From Blastocladiella emersonii ATCC 22665 (lineage: Eukaryota > Fungi > Blastocladiomycota), in contig JANHCV010000001.1 of the NCBI GenBank assembly GCA_025594325.1, positions 3,658,001 to 3,722,000 of the forward strand: a stretch of DNA of 64,000 nt, given 5' to 3'. Position numbers and translations under genes: made by a program. Positions within the stretch are counted from its first letter, which is position 1; each line of letters opens with the position of its first letter. Below the pieces are notes generated by a model that was not told the origin of the DNA, made no database searches, and saw nothing but the letters and a program-made list of their open reading frames with translations. Positions 35,701 to 47,206 of this stretch are shown piece by piece.

Positions 35701-38700
35701 AAAGCCACATGGCCGCGCGCCGCGGCAACGTGCTCAGCCTCATGGCCGCGGCCACCGACGACGAGATCCGGTTCCTGTTCGGGCTCATGGTCCCGTGCTC
35801 GCTGCCCGCGGGCACCGTCGACCTCGACATCCTCGACCGTGTCGACGTGCGCAAGACAGCCGGTTTCCTCAACCTCATGGACGACACGATCAAGCAGATC
35901 AACCGCCGCCTCGTGTGCGTGCTCGGCCCCATGTTCGACCTCCTCACTTCGATCGCCTGCGCGACCCACCGCACCATCGTCGAGCGCGAGGCCTCGGCCA
36001 TGGACGTCGACGGCGCCGGGTCGGAGCAGAAGCCGGAGGCCGACCACGACCACGACGACGCCGACCGCGACGACGAGGACGATGCCGCCGACGCTGCCGA
36101 GCACGGCGGTCTGTCGCTCAAGCGCCTGTACAAGATGCGCACGCTGTCGATCCGCCGCCTCATCACGCTATTCGACCTCGACATCAAGTACGACTACTCG
36201 GTGTACGCCGGGTCCGTGTTCGAGCACCTCGTGCGCCCGCGCCTCGCCAACCTCGTCCACGAGAACAAGACGTCCGTGTCGCCCGGCATGCAGTTCCTCT
36301 CGTCGTGGGCCGTCAACCACTTCGAGGTGTTCCAGCCGATCGCCACCGAGGTGCTCCCGGCCATGGTCGCGTGTCTCCCCGGCTTCGAGCCCGTGCGGTC
36401 CCGCGTTCTCGACACGCTCTTCTCGGTGCTCGACAAGGAGGCGCCGCTCCTGGTCGACATCTCGTCGCAGCTGTTCGACGTGAGCGCCAAGCTGGTCCAC
36501 CCCAAGTCGGTCGGCGCCATGTCGCGCCTCATCAAGCTGTGCTCGGAGATGGCGCCGCTCATCCGCCCCGAGGAGGCGCCGATGCTCGTCACGGTGCTGC
36601 TTCCCGTCGTTACCTCGTCCAAGTCGTCGCCTGAGACCAAGGACAGTATCCTGGTCATCCTGCAGTCGTGCATCCCGCACCTGCCCGTCGAGGACGTGCG
36701 CACCGTGCTGCTCACGGTCAGTCGCCTGTTCCCCGTTCTGGTCGTCCGCGAGTCCCGCCAGCAGCTCGTCAAGCTCGTGCAGACAGTCGCCGACGCGCTG
36801 GACCTGTCGTCGGTCGGCCACGTCGTGCGGGGCCTCAACCAGTACTCGACGCGCCGCATCGACGACCTCGACTACGACGTGGTCCTCGCCACGTTCATGA
36901 ACCTCGGCAAGCGGTGCGGCGAGCTCGCGTACCTCGAGTGGGTCCCGATCCTGTACAACCTGTTCCACCTCATCAAGGACGAGGACATGAGTGCCCGCGG
37001 CAACGCGTCGCACGTCATGTGCATGTTCGTGCAGCAGGCCAAGGACAAGGTCGAGCTGCGCCCGCTCGTCCAGCACGTCGTGTACCCGGCGTTCAAGGCG
37101 TCGCTCAAGGGCTCGCTCCCCGAGATGGTCCGCATCGAGTGGATCAAGGTCCTCATCGAGTGCGTCAAGTCGCTCGACATGGAGCCGTTCAGCGACATGA
37201 CCCGCCTCCTGCCGCAGGACGCCTCGGACGAGTCGAGCTTCTTCGAAAACGTATACCACATCCAGCTGCACCGCCGCCAGCGCGCGCTCGTGCGCCTGCG
37301 CGACCACGTTCCGCACCTGCGCCCGGCCACGCTCAACTACGTCCTGCTCCCCATCGTCTCGCGCGCCCTCGACAGCAAGGACCCCAACGTCGCCACCGAG
37401 GCCATCGCGACCATCACGGCCATCACGCGCAACCTGCCCTGGGCCTCGTACTACCTCGCGCTGCGCAACTTCTTCAGCCAGCTCCGCGCCCAGCCCGAGA
37501 AGCGCCGCGAGAAGGTCCTGCTCCGCGCCGTCGTCGCCGTGCTCGACGGGTTCCACTTCGAGATCGCCGACGCGCCCACGACCAACCCGGCCGAGATGGA
37601 GGTTGCCGCCGCCGACGGCGAGGCCGCGGCCCCCGCTGCCGCCGCTGCCGCTGCTGAGGCTGAGGCCGACGAGGAGGAGGACGAGGACACGACCGCGACC
37701 GAGGCCCAGGTCGAGGAAGAGGACGCCGAGGACCGCGCCGCGGCCTCTACCGAGCTCTCGCTCGCGCGGTTCAAGTGGAAGGTGCTGCGCACCGTGACGC
37801 TCAAGATCATCCCCGAGATGCTCAAGTACCTGACGGCGCGTAAGGCGACCGACGAGGACCACATCAGCGTCCGCGTGCCGATCGCGCTCGGTGTCACGTA
37901 CCTCATCACCTGGCTGCCCGAGGCCAACAAGAACCTCGAGATCCCGTCGCTGCTCACCAAGCTGTCGCAGCTGATGCGCTCGCGCGCGCAGCCCACGCGC
38001 AACGTGACGCGCGACACGCTCGCCAAGATCATGACCACGCTCGGCGCCAAGTACCTGTTCTTCATGATCAAGGAGCTCAAGGGCGCGCTGCTCCGCGGCT
38101 ACCAGCTGCACGTGCTCGGATTCACGGTGCACACGATCCTCAGCACCGTGCCGCTCACCATGGGCGCGCTCGAGGCGTGCGCCGACGACCTGTGCGAGAT
38201 CCTCAGCAACGACGTGTTCGGCGACGTCGGCGACGAGAAGGACGCCGAGGCCTACATCAAGGCCATGAAGGAGCTCAAGGGGTGCATGTCGTTCGACACG
38301 ATCGAGATCGTGTGCCGCACCGCGTCGCTGCGCGTCATCTCCAAGCTGCTCGTCCAGGTCAAGCGCGTCCTCGTCAACACGCGCGAGGCCTCGCTGCTCG
38401 ACAAGGCGCACCGCGTCCTCAAGCGCATGACGCACAGCGTCATCGCCAACCAGGGCCTCGAGATCGAGCAGCTCATGAAGCTCGTCAACTCGCTCATCGT
38501 CGACACGTTCGCCATCGCCAACAGCAACGACGTGGACGAGGACGCCATCGCCACGGCGCAGACGCAGACGCAGCGCGTCCAGGCGGCGACGACGCAGTGG
38601 AAGGCCAACGCACACTACTTTGTCGAGTTCGGCCTCCACCTGCTGCAGACGATCCTGCGCAGCCCGCGCCTCGACGTCAAGAACCCGATCCACACGCAGA

Positions 38701-40586
38701 TGCTCAACGCCATGGTCGACGCCGTGGGCCAGTGCTTCTCGGCCAAGCACAACAACACGTTTGTGCTCGCCACGTACGCCATGCAGTACCTGGCCAAGCT
38801 GCCGCTGTCCGAGCTCCGCGGCACGCTCCCCGCCGTCATGTCGGACGTTTTCGCGATGCTCTCGAACCTGCAGAACGCGCGGTCCGACATTGGCCACGCG
38901 TGCCTCAAGCTGATCCTCGGTATCATGCACAGCTGCGACTACATCCCGTTCACGCAGGCGCAGGTCAAGCTCCTGATCCGCCTGCTGCGGCCCGAGATCC
39001 ACGACCACGACAACCACACGATCACGTACTCGCTCATCAAGGGGATCCTGTCGCGCCGCGTCGTCGTCAACGAGGTGTACGAGCTGATCCTCGACATTGC
39101 GCACATCATGGTCACGTCGCAGACGCAGGCGGTGCAGGACCTGTGCCGGTCCGTGTACCTGCAGTTCCTGCTCAACTACCCGCAGGGCAAGAAGCGCATG
39201 GAGAACCACATCACCTGGATGGTCAAGAACCTCGGCTACGAGTACGAGCAGGGCCGCACCAGCGTGCTCGAGCTCATGCACTCGTTCATCCGCAAGCTGC
39301 CCGCCGACCTGACGGCCGAGTACGGCGAGATCATGTTCATGGGCCTCGTCTCGTGCCTCACCGACGACGCGCCCAAGTGCCAGGCCATGGCCGCCAAGGT
39401 CATCCAGGTCCTGCTCGCGCGCATGACGCAGCTCGCCCAGGTCAACAAGATGGTCGCCAGCTGGTACAAGAACGCCGCGACAAAGCTCGTCGCCGTGCAG
39501 CTCCACGGCCTGCTCATCCTCGCCGGCCGCGGCGTGCCCGAGCACCTGCCGCTCCTCGCCGACCTATTCCGCGAGTGCGCCGAGCGCGCGGCCGCCGAGC
39601 TCGAGGCGTCGGGCGAGGAGGAGACGCTCGAGCTCGTCGATGGCGACGAGAGCCACCTCGACAGCAACACCGAGTGGAAGCTCCTGTACCTGTCGATCCT
39701 GACGCTCACCAAGCACATCACGGCGCACCCGGAGCAGTCCGACATCGACCTCGTCGCCACGCTGTCGCCGCACCTGTCGCACCCGCACACGTGGGTCCGC
39801 CTCGCTAGCTCGCGCTGCATCGGCCTCCACTTTGCATCGTCGCCGACACTCGACCTCGGCGTGGCGCGCAACCTCGCGCGCGAGTTCACGCGCCAGCTCG
39901 CGTCCGAGTTTCTCAACGACGAGCTCGCGACGCAGGTCGTCAAGAACCTGTTCTTCATCGCCAAGCAGATCCACGCGCAGGGGTCGAGCGCTGCGGCGGA
40001 GGACGACGACGAGGCCGCCGCCGCGGAGTCGGACAACGACGCGGAGGCCGGCGCTGCCCCCAAGGACAAGAAGCGCGGTACCGCGTCGGCGCCGCTGTAC
40101 TCGTTCGTGCAGCACCTCAGCTTCCTCGCGCGCAAGGACCAGGCGCGCAACACGGGCACGCTGTTCCGCAAGAGCATCTTCCAGGTGTTTGCGGCGGTCG
40201 CGAACGCGTTCGACGTGGACACGGTGCAGCCGCTGCTCCACCCGATCATGGCGCCGCTGTTCCGCACGATCCAGGACACGTCGGTCAAGGGCGAGGCGTG
40301 GGACGAGCTGCGCACCTTCTGCCAGCAGATCATGGAGCTGCTGCAGGAGAAGCTCGGCAACGCGGCGTTCACTGCGGCGTACGCCGACGTCCGCCAGCGC
40401 GCCGAGTCCAAGCGCCAGTCGCGCAAGCAGGACCGCGCCGAGATGGCCGTTGTCAACCCGCAGCAGTACGCCAAGCGGAAGATTGCGCGCAACGAGCTCA
40501 AGAAGAAGCAGAAGAAGCGGCGCGCCGAGGACGAGATGGCCTCGCGTGTCAGGACATCGGTCAAGCGCGCCAAGACCACGCACTAA
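32726..40586 (+). CDS. UTP20: U3 snoRNP / SSU processome component UTP20 (HEAT repeats); exons 32726-32776, 32861-33141, 33211-33322, 33390-40586 (~2,546 aa)
   Basis: N-terminal YQSFQDRIKHVRID, LVLYHKQEIVEAI, LAKDL; central FFENVYHIQLHRRQRAL and LLRGYQLHVLGFTVH; YLQFLLNYPQGKKR; basic C-terminus AKRKIARNELKK; size fits. Confidence 0.93.
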
Positions 40587-40787
40587 GTAGAGAGAGAGTT
40601 GCTGTTGTGTAATATCGTTTGAACATATAGTTAGTTTTTATCTAGTCCATTTCCGACTTGCCATGCATCATCTTTTACTCGATCAAAATCGGCCGTCCAC
40701 ACGCTGCCTCGACTCGCGAGCAGAAGACCTCGGGCGTCATTCCTACACGTACGAGTGCAGTTTGTGAGCCACGCGGCTATCGCGATG

Positions 40788-43700
40788 TCATGGCGAGTGC
40801 ATCGTACCTCGAGGAACAGAGACCACGAGCTTGGCCAGCGGCGCCTCGCCATCGACGGGCGAGAGGTAAATGGCGACCGCGGACTGCGCCATGAGCTGGG
40901 CCTCGAGCAGCGGCTCGCCCATGCTCTCCTCGTTGCTGCACGCGAGGTAGTAGAAGACGTTCCCGAGGCGCGTGTGCCAGATCCCGCGGCGCACGGCCGA
41001 GGCGCCGCACACGACCGACACGGCGGGCAGCGGCGCGTGATGCTCGACAATCGACGGGATGGCGGCGGCGGACGGCGCGGTCACGAACGTCGCGTCGCTG
41101 CCGGGACGCACAGACAGATCGTCCTCGCTCGCACCAATCTCGCCGACTTCGTCGTCCTCGTCCATGACCGAGGAGCCGCTGCCGCCGCCGCTGTAGTAGC
41201 TGGCCTCGGCGCCGAACCGGCGGAGCGTGCGCGACCCGGACCACGCGAGCCACTCGAGCTCGCGATGCAGGTACCGCTGCGCGTCGACGGGCCGGACCTG
41301 GATCCCGGTGATGCGGCTGAGCGGGACCGTGGCCGTGGTGCGCTTCGCGTTGGCGGTGGCCGCGGACCCGACCGTCACCGCGGCCGGCCAGAGCCCGGGG
41401 CCCGCCGGGTTCGCCTCGAAGTGCATCGAGTTGGCCTTGAGGATGATGGCGAGCGCGTCCTGGCCCGTGAGGTGCTGCGGGGGCTGCGGGCCAGCAGCGA
41501 GCGCGAGCGTCGACGACAGCGAGCCGCCGCTCGACGGGAGGTCCTTGGACGCCGGGTGCGGCTGCTCGGACAGCGGCACGTCCCACGAGTCCCACGACGC
41601 GAGCCGGTGCGGCCCGGTGCCGACGAGGAGCACGTCGACGAGCAGGTCGAGCTTGGCGGCGAGCACCTGCTCGAGCGTCAGCAGCTCGAGGTCGTGTGCC
41701 GCGAGCCCGGTGCGCTTGGTAACCTGGAACCAGTGGCGCATCTGCAGGTACGGGCTCGACAGCGCGTACAGCACCGGCCAGTGGATCCCGAGCACCGCAG
41801 CCTCGGCGTAGACGGCAGCGACCACGTCGGGCGCCGCGTCGTCGGCGCCGAAAATGGCCGACAGCTGCCGCAGCTCCTCGCGCCACCGGCAGAGCGTCGG
41901 ACCGATGGCGTCGCGCGGGAGAGTCATGAAGAACATGTGTTTCCAGTCGTGCAGAGTCGTCTGGATCGTGATGGCCGTGTTCCACAGCCGCTCGCGCCGC
42001 GCGACGGCGGCCTTGAGATCGCGGATCTCGGGCCACTCCTTGGGCGTTGGATCGCCGTCGAAAGTGCCGACGTGAAGGTGCGTCTGCAGCGCCGTCGCGG
42101 TGGCAATGTCCTGCTCGAGCCGAGTGACGCGCGCGGCCAGTGCGCCGACACGGCGCCCCATGTTGGGCGCGGCCTTGGCGTGGCGCTCCTGCGCGAGTTC
42201 GGCCAGCTCGGCAAAGTGGGCGTGGAGGCTGAGCGAAATGTGGTCCGTGAGGACGGCGAGCCGGGCGACGTAGTCGGCGCGGGCGCGCTGGAGCGATTCG
42301 TCGGCGACCTCGTACTCGCACACGAGCTGGCGGTGCGTGCGCACGACGGTCCAGTACGCGCGCGACTGGTCGTCGGTCAGCTCGATCTCGTGCGCGTAGC
42401 ACACGTCCCACCACCGCTGCAGGACCGCCGTGGTTGACTTGACGTCGGCCAGGACGGCGGGACGCGAGGCGAGGGCGGCGGCGAGCGCGGACCACTCCTT
42501 GGGGTCGGCCCCGATGCTCGGCGAGCTGAGGTCGGCGACGGTCGACTGGGCCACGGACGCGAGCTGCTGCGAGCCCGTCTCGAAGACGTGAACGAGCTCG
42601 GCGAGAACATGCGCGTGCCAGTCGCGCCAGCACCCGCGAAGTTGCCGAACCACCTGGCCGACGCGCACGGCGAACGGGCTGTCGGCGACCGGGACGAGCG
42701 AGTCCATGGAGAAGAGCCGCTCGCGCACCGCCATCAGCGAGGCCAATCGCTGGTCGACGCGATCGAGCGTCGCGATGCCCGAGATCGAGTCTGCAGCGCT
42801 CGAGGGAGACTCGAGGAGCCACAACCACTGCTGAATCTCGTCGAGCAGCACGTTACACCGGCGGTACCCGCGCGCCGCTGCGGCGAGGACTGTGTCGGCG
42901 GAGGGAACGGGCAGGCTGGAGCTTGCTTCCGCGTCCTTGGACGCGTGGAAGGGCCGCCAATCAGAGAGGAAGCCGGCCGTCGAGTGGATCATCTCGCTGA
43001 AGAGCTGGTTGACCATGTCCAGCGGCGGGCTGAACGCGAGCTGGCCGTACTCGTCGAGGACCAGCTCAATAGACATGGCGGCCGTCGGTGCGGCCACGTC
43101 CCCGCGATCGAGACGGTTGAGGAAAAAGTCGGAGAGATGCGCGTGGAAGCCCTCGATGAGGCGGCGAAACTCGGTGTCGACGATGCAGTCGGCGAGGCGC
43201 AGCAGGCGCGTGTAGACGTGGCCGAGACACGGAATGACGGACAGCGCGCGCATGGCACCGGCGCGCCACTCGGACTTGAGCGCGTGGTCGAGGCAGGTGA
43301 GGTGCGCCGAGACGCGCTCGTAGACGCGTTCCACGGGCAGCAGGGCGGGTGTCGAGCTGGATGTCGAGGACGGGCTCGTCGCGCGGCGGCAGACGGGCGA
43401 GTGATCGGCACGAGCGTGGAGATCGGGAAACGCAATGTACTCGTCGATGACACGGACGAGCGAGGCGCGGATCTGGGCGAGCGCCGACCACGCGCGGGGC
43501 CGAGCCACGACACACTCGTCGGGGCGGAGCATGTTGCCGAGCGGGCAGTCCTTGCGCAGGTTCTGCAGCCACAGGGTGCGCTCGTCGATGGCGGTCGAGT
43601 CGTCGGGCGTCGCGCCGTGGAGCAGGTGCTGCTTGCTCGCAAACGACCAGTGCCAGCGGTACGCCTGCAGCGACGGCTCCCACGCCTCGTCGTCCGGGCG

Positions 43701-44819
43701 GCGGCCGCGCCACGGGCTCGTCGCGAGCCGCTGGAGGAAGCGCGACTCAAACTCAGCCGGCAGCCGCGGGGCGTCCGAGCAGATCGACGCGACCGCGTGC
43801 CACGTCTCGACATGCTCGATCCACGCGTGGTGCTGCTGCCACGCCGCCGCGCGTCGCAGGTCGAAGTGGACGGGGTCCTCGGCGTCGAAGCGCAGGTTGA
43901 GCCGCGTCACCCATTTGCGCTCGGCTGGCGCGTGGTGCCACTGGATGAGAAGCCGTTTGGTCGACAGGTCGTACGAGAGGACGGTACACGCGAGCCATTC
44001 CCGCGTCCACGTCGGTGAGTCGGACAGCTGGTACTGTGAAGTTGCGTTGGGACCGTCGATCCGCTGCGCGGGCCAAGCGGGGAGGTGAAGTGAGTGGTCG
44101 GGCGGCGTGGTCCATGGAGCTCGCGGCGGGTTCGGGTCGTCGAAGAAGTCGAGTGGAAAGTGTGCGACGGGAGCAAGCGCGGCGGTCAGGGTCGAGTCGA
44201 GATCGGGTGCTGGCAGCGGGTAGAATTGCCGGGGTTCTAGCGGCCGCGAATCGCCACCAGGTTCGACGGGCTCGCACTTGATTTCGAAGAGCGGGACGAC
44301 CGAGTCTGACGAGGGGGATCGGTCGAGTGGGGTGCTTGCTCCGGCAGCCGGTGCGAGCGACGCGATCTGCGGGCTCGGCGAGGACGATGGCGGGTCAAGA
44401 CAAGCTCGCACTGCGGGAGCTTCGACTGCCGCCTCGGCGACCATCTCTTCGAGCACGACAGGATCGAGTCCAACGTCGCCGAGCTCGTTCCACCATGACG
44501 GAAGCTGCGACGGGATGAACTCGGACCCTCCGATACGGCTGCGCCGGGCCGAGCTTGGCCGTGAAGTCGCCGCAGGATTTGAGGGAGCGGACCCCGGCCG
44601 TGACACGGCGTTGAACCGCGTCGTCGCTGGCGGCTTTGCTGTCCGAGTCGCCGCCGATGGGGCTGAGTGTGGCAGGGTTGATTTTGTAAGAGTCTCGGTG
44701 GCCTTTTTGGTCTTCTTTGCGGACGAGGGGACCGCCGCCGAGCGCGGCCGTGTCGACGAAGAGGCAGGGCGAGTAGTCTTCATTGGAGATTCATTTGATA
44801 TCGGATGCCTTCGTTGCAC
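40788..44819 (-). CDS. Dynein heavy-chain tail-like protein without a motor domain (1,343 aa, apparently intronless)
   Basis: WLACTVLSYDLSTK...WVTRLNLRFDAEDP resembles the DNAH1-type inner-arm N-terminus; IELVLDEYGQLAFSPPLD and LWNTA...PVLYALSSPYLQMRHWFQVTKRTG resemble tail and DHC_N2 motifs; no P-loop anywhere. ATG at 44819. Confidence 0.65.
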   Translation of the reverse strand: MQRRHPISNESPMKTTRPASSSTRPRSAAVPSSAKKTKKATETLTKSTLPHSAPSAATRTAKPPATTRFNAVSRPGSAPSNPAATSRPSSARRSRIGGSEFIPSQLPSWWNELGDVGLDPVVLEEMVAEAAVEAPAVRACLDPPSSSPSPQIASLAPAAGASTPLDRSPSSDSVVPLFEIKCEPVEPGGDSRPLEPRQFYPLPAPDLDSTLTAALAPVAHFPLDFFDDPNPPRAPWTTPPDHSLHLPAWPAQRIDGPNATSQYQLSDSPTWTREWLACTVLSYDLSTKRLLIQWHHAPAERKWVTRLNLRFDAEDPVHFDLRRAAAWQQHHAWIEHVETWHAVASICSDAPRLPAEFESRFLQRLATSPWRGRRPDDEAWEPSLQAYRWHWSFASKQHLLHGATPDDSTAIDERTLWLQNLRKDCPLGNMLRPDECVVARPRAWSALAQIRASLVRVIDEYIAFPDLHARADHSPVCRRATSPSSTSSSTPALLPVERVYERVSAHLTCLDHALKSEWRAGAMRALSVIPCLGHVYTRLLRLADCIVDTEFRRLIEGFHAHLSDFFLNRLDRGDVAAPTAAMSIELVLDEYGQLAFSPPLDMVNQLFSEMIHSTAGFLSDWRPFHASKDAEASSSLPVPSADTVLAAAARGYRRCNVLLDEIQQWLWLLESPSSAADSISGIATLDRVDQRLASLMAVRERLFSMDSLVPVADSPFAVRVGQVVRQLRGCWRDWHAHVLAELVHVFETGSQQLASVAQSTVADLSSPSIGADPKEWSALAAALASRPAVLADVKSTTAVLQRWWDVCYAHEIELTDDQSRAYWTVVRTHRQLVCEYEVADESLQRARADYVARLAVLTDHISLSLHAHFAELAELAQERHAKAAPNMGRRVGALAARVTRLEQDIATATALQTHLHVGTFDGDPTPKEWPEIRDLKAAVARRERLWNTAITIQTTLHDWKHMFFMTLPRDAIGPTLCRWREELRQLSAIFGADDAAPDVVAAVYAEAAVLGIHWPVLYALSSPYLQMRHWFQVTKRTGLAAHDLELLTLEQVLAAKLDLLVDVLLVGTGPHRLASWDSWDVPLSEQPHPASKDLPSSGGSLSSTLALAAGPQPPQHLTGQDALAIILKANSMHFEANPAGPGLWPAAVTVGSAATANAKRTTATVPLSRITGIQVRPVDAQRYLHRELEWLAWSGSRTLRRFGAEASYYSGGGSGSSVMDEDDEVGEIGASEDDLSVRPGSDATFVTAPSAAAIPSIVEHHAPLPAVSVVCGASAVRRGIWHTRLGNVFYYLACSNEESMGEPLLEAQLMAQSAVAIYLSPVDGEAPLAKLVVSVPRGTMHSP

Positions 44820-45030
44820 CGAATTAACTTTACGATGGGTGCGGTGAAAGGAAGGGGTGGCATCGCACGTGCGGCCAACGGGACGCGTCGCGACGCGTCT
44901 CTTACATCACGTGAGGGCGAAACGCGGGGAGACACGGTGCGAGACATTTGGGACAACGAACGATACGGCTGCAATGAACATTCCCCGCTCTTCAAGTCAC
45001 GCAAATTACTCATGTACACTTGAATCCGAC
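44820..45030. promoter_or_regulatory. Divergent promoter of the dynein-tail-like and MARVEL-like genes, with an 18-bp palindrome and an ATCACGTGA element
   Basis: GACGCGTCGCGACGCGTC at 44882-44899 (perfect palindrome, two ACGCGT cores) and ATCACGTGA at about 44906-44914. Confidence 0.45.
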
Positions 45031-45732
45031 ATGCCGAAACTGTTCGAGAGCGCCAAGGGCAGCTTCGCAAAGCTCAACGGGAGCAAGAACAGTGTGGGCC
45101 CGCGGTCGACGTCGGGCAACTCGCTCAACAAGCTCGATCCGAAGACCAAGAGCCGCTCCAACAATGCGCTCGAGAGTCTCCGCTCCGAGGTGCCGCCCGT
45201 CGAGTACTCGATGCGAGCGCGCGCGGCCGCGCGACTGCTCCAGATCCTCTTCGCCATCATCCAGATTTCGGTGCTGGCGCGCCTCGACTCCAACTTCCTG
45301 CAGGCCCGCGGGCTGGCCACAACGTACGCCGTGGCCATCTGGTTCGCGTACCTCACGATCCTGTTTGCAGTGGCAATGTTCGGCATGCACTACCACCCGG
45401 ACATCAACAAGGGAAAGCTCCCCTTGTCGCGCGTGCTCGGCGCCGAGTTTGCCGTGTCGCTGCTCGTGACGCTCTTCCATAGCGGGTCGATGATCGCGCA
45501 GGCGGCTAACAGCGCGACGGGCGGCAGCCTCAAGGTGCCGTGCTCGCCTGGGACCGAGAACGGGCGTTGCGACATGCTCAATCTATCGGTGCTCTTCACG
45601 ACGTGCCAGGTGCTGGCCTGGGGCTACATGGCGTTCCGGTCGGCGCGCGACCTGTTCTGGAAGGGCCACGGCGACAACCAGTACGTCACCATGTCCGACC
45701 TCGTCCGGTTCAACCGCTCGGTCGGGCGCTAA
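45031..45732 (+). CDS. MARVEL-like four-TM membrane protein (~233 aa)
   Basis: Four hydrophobic helices starting RLLQILFAIIQISVL, a Cys-containing loop (VPCSPGTENGRCDMLNLSVLF) and typical spacing; ATG at 45031 in gacATG context. Confidence 0.7.
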   Translation: MPKLFESAKGSFAKLNGSKNSVGPRSTSGNSLNKLDPKTKSRSNNALESLRSEVPPVEYSMRARAAARLLQILFAIIQISVLARLDSNFLQARGLATTYAVAIWFAYLTILFAVAMFGMHYHPDINKGKLPLSRVLGAEFAVSLLVTLFHSGSMIAQAANSATGGSLKVPCSPGTENGRCDMLNLSVLFTTCQVLAWGYMAFRSARDLFWKGHGDNQYVTMSDLVRFNRSVGR

Positions 45733-46005
45733 GTGTCTTGGTGGCTTCGTCCGTTGTAATATAATCTTTCGTCCTGATGGTCGCTGTGATCCGAGGCGGA
45801 GCGCGCCGCTGAAGTCGCGGCGCAGAACGTGGCGCCGCCTTGCGGCTTGCTCGCCGTTTTGTCGGCTCGCTGGTCGGCGCCGTTCCCCAACCGGGGCCCT
45901 GTCCCCGTCGCCTTCGCTCTCTCCCGCCGACCATTCCACGTAACGGCCTGCGATTAAACCAGCGCATCCCACCTGGTGCATTCCTGTCAAAAACTACGCA
46001 TCACC

Positions 46006-47082
46006 ATGACGACCAACAACGCGCCTGCGCCGACGACGACGGGCGAGCGCCGGCTCAAGATCGACCTGCACACGCACATCCTGCCCGAGCGGTGGCCCGA
46101 CCTCAAGCGCAAGTACGGTTACGGCGAGTGGGTGCAGCTGGACCACTCGGACCCAACGCTGGTGCCGGGCAAGGAGGCGGACATGATGCAGGGCGGCAAG
46201 TTCTTCCGGCGGGTGCAGTGCAACTGCTGGTCGCCCGAGGCGCGCATTGCCGAGTGCGACGCGACGACGGTCGACGTGCAGGTCCTGTCGACGGTGCCCG
46301 TCATGTTCGCGTACTGGGCCAAGCCCGAGGACACGCTCGACCTGGCCCGCTATCTCAACGACCACATTGCGCAGTGCGTCGCCGAGGACCCGAAGCGGTT
46401 CGTCGGCCTCGGCACCATCCCGCTGCAGGCGCCCGACCTCGCCGTCGCCGAGATGAAGCGGTGCGTGCAGGAGCTCGGCCTGCGCGGCATCCAGATCGGG
46501 TCGCACATCGGCGAGTGGAACCTCGACGCGCCCGAGCTCGACGCCGTGTGGCGCGCCGCCGAGGAGCTCGGCGTTGCCATCTTTGTACACCCGTGGAACG
46601 ACGCGTGGGAGACGCCCGCGCGCCAGAAGCCGTACTGGGGCGCGTGGCTCGTCGGCATGCCGTGCGAGACCACCCAGGCCATCTGCTCGGTCACCATGGG
46701 CGGCGTCCTCGACCGCTTCCCCAAGCTCAAGATGTGCTTTGCCCACGGCGGCGGGTCCTTCCTCGCCACGCTGGGCCGCATTGACCATGGGTTCAACGTG
46801 CGCCCGGACCTCTGTGCGACCCGCGTCAAGCACCCGCCGTCCCACTACCTGGACCGCATCTACATCGACTCGCTCGTCCACGACCTCGACACGCTCAAGT
46901 TCGTCATCAACAAGATCGGCCACGACCACATCATGCTCGGGTCCGACTACCCGTTCCCGCTCGGCGAGCACCACCCGGGCAAGATGGTCGAGGAGAGCGA
47001 CCTGCCCGACGAGACCAAGGACGCCATCCTGTGGAAGACGGCCTCCGAGTTCCTCGGCCTCGACCCCAAGGATTTCATGTAA
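46006..47082 (+). CDS. ACMSD: 2-amino-3-carboxymuconate-6-semialdehyde decarboxylase (amidohydrolase_2), 358 aa
   Basis: KIDLHTHILPERWPDLKRKYGYG, VQVLSTVPVMFAYWAK, IFVHPW, WLVGMPCETT, FAHGGGSF, IYIDSLVHD, MLGSDYPFPLGE. Confidence 0.95.
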   Translation: MTTNNAPAPTTTGERRLKIDLHTHILPERWPDLKRKYGYGEWVQLDHSDPTLVPGKEADMMQGGKFFRRVQCNCWSPEARIAECDATTVDVQVLSTVPVMFAYWAKPEDTLDLARYLNDHIAQCVAEDPKRFVGLGTIPLQAPDLAVAEMKRCVQELGLRGIQIGSHIGEWNLDAPELDAVWRAAEELGVAIFVHPWNDAWETPARQKPYWGAWLVGMPCETTQAICSVTMGGVLDRFPKLKMCFAHGGGSFLATLGRIDHGFNVRPDLCATRVKHPPSHYLDRIYIDSLVHDLDTLKFVINKIGHDHIMLGSDYPFPLGEHHPGKMVEESDLPDETKDAILWKTASEFLGLDPKDFM

Positions 47083-47206
47083 ATTTCTCGTGCGAGCTGC
47101 GCGAGGACGCGGCTCCTCCTCCCTCCCTCCCTCCCCTGTTCGTTCACATACATTCGCGGTTGCTGTAAACAAAAAGTCATGCCATTGCCATCGACCGACG
47201 TCCCAA

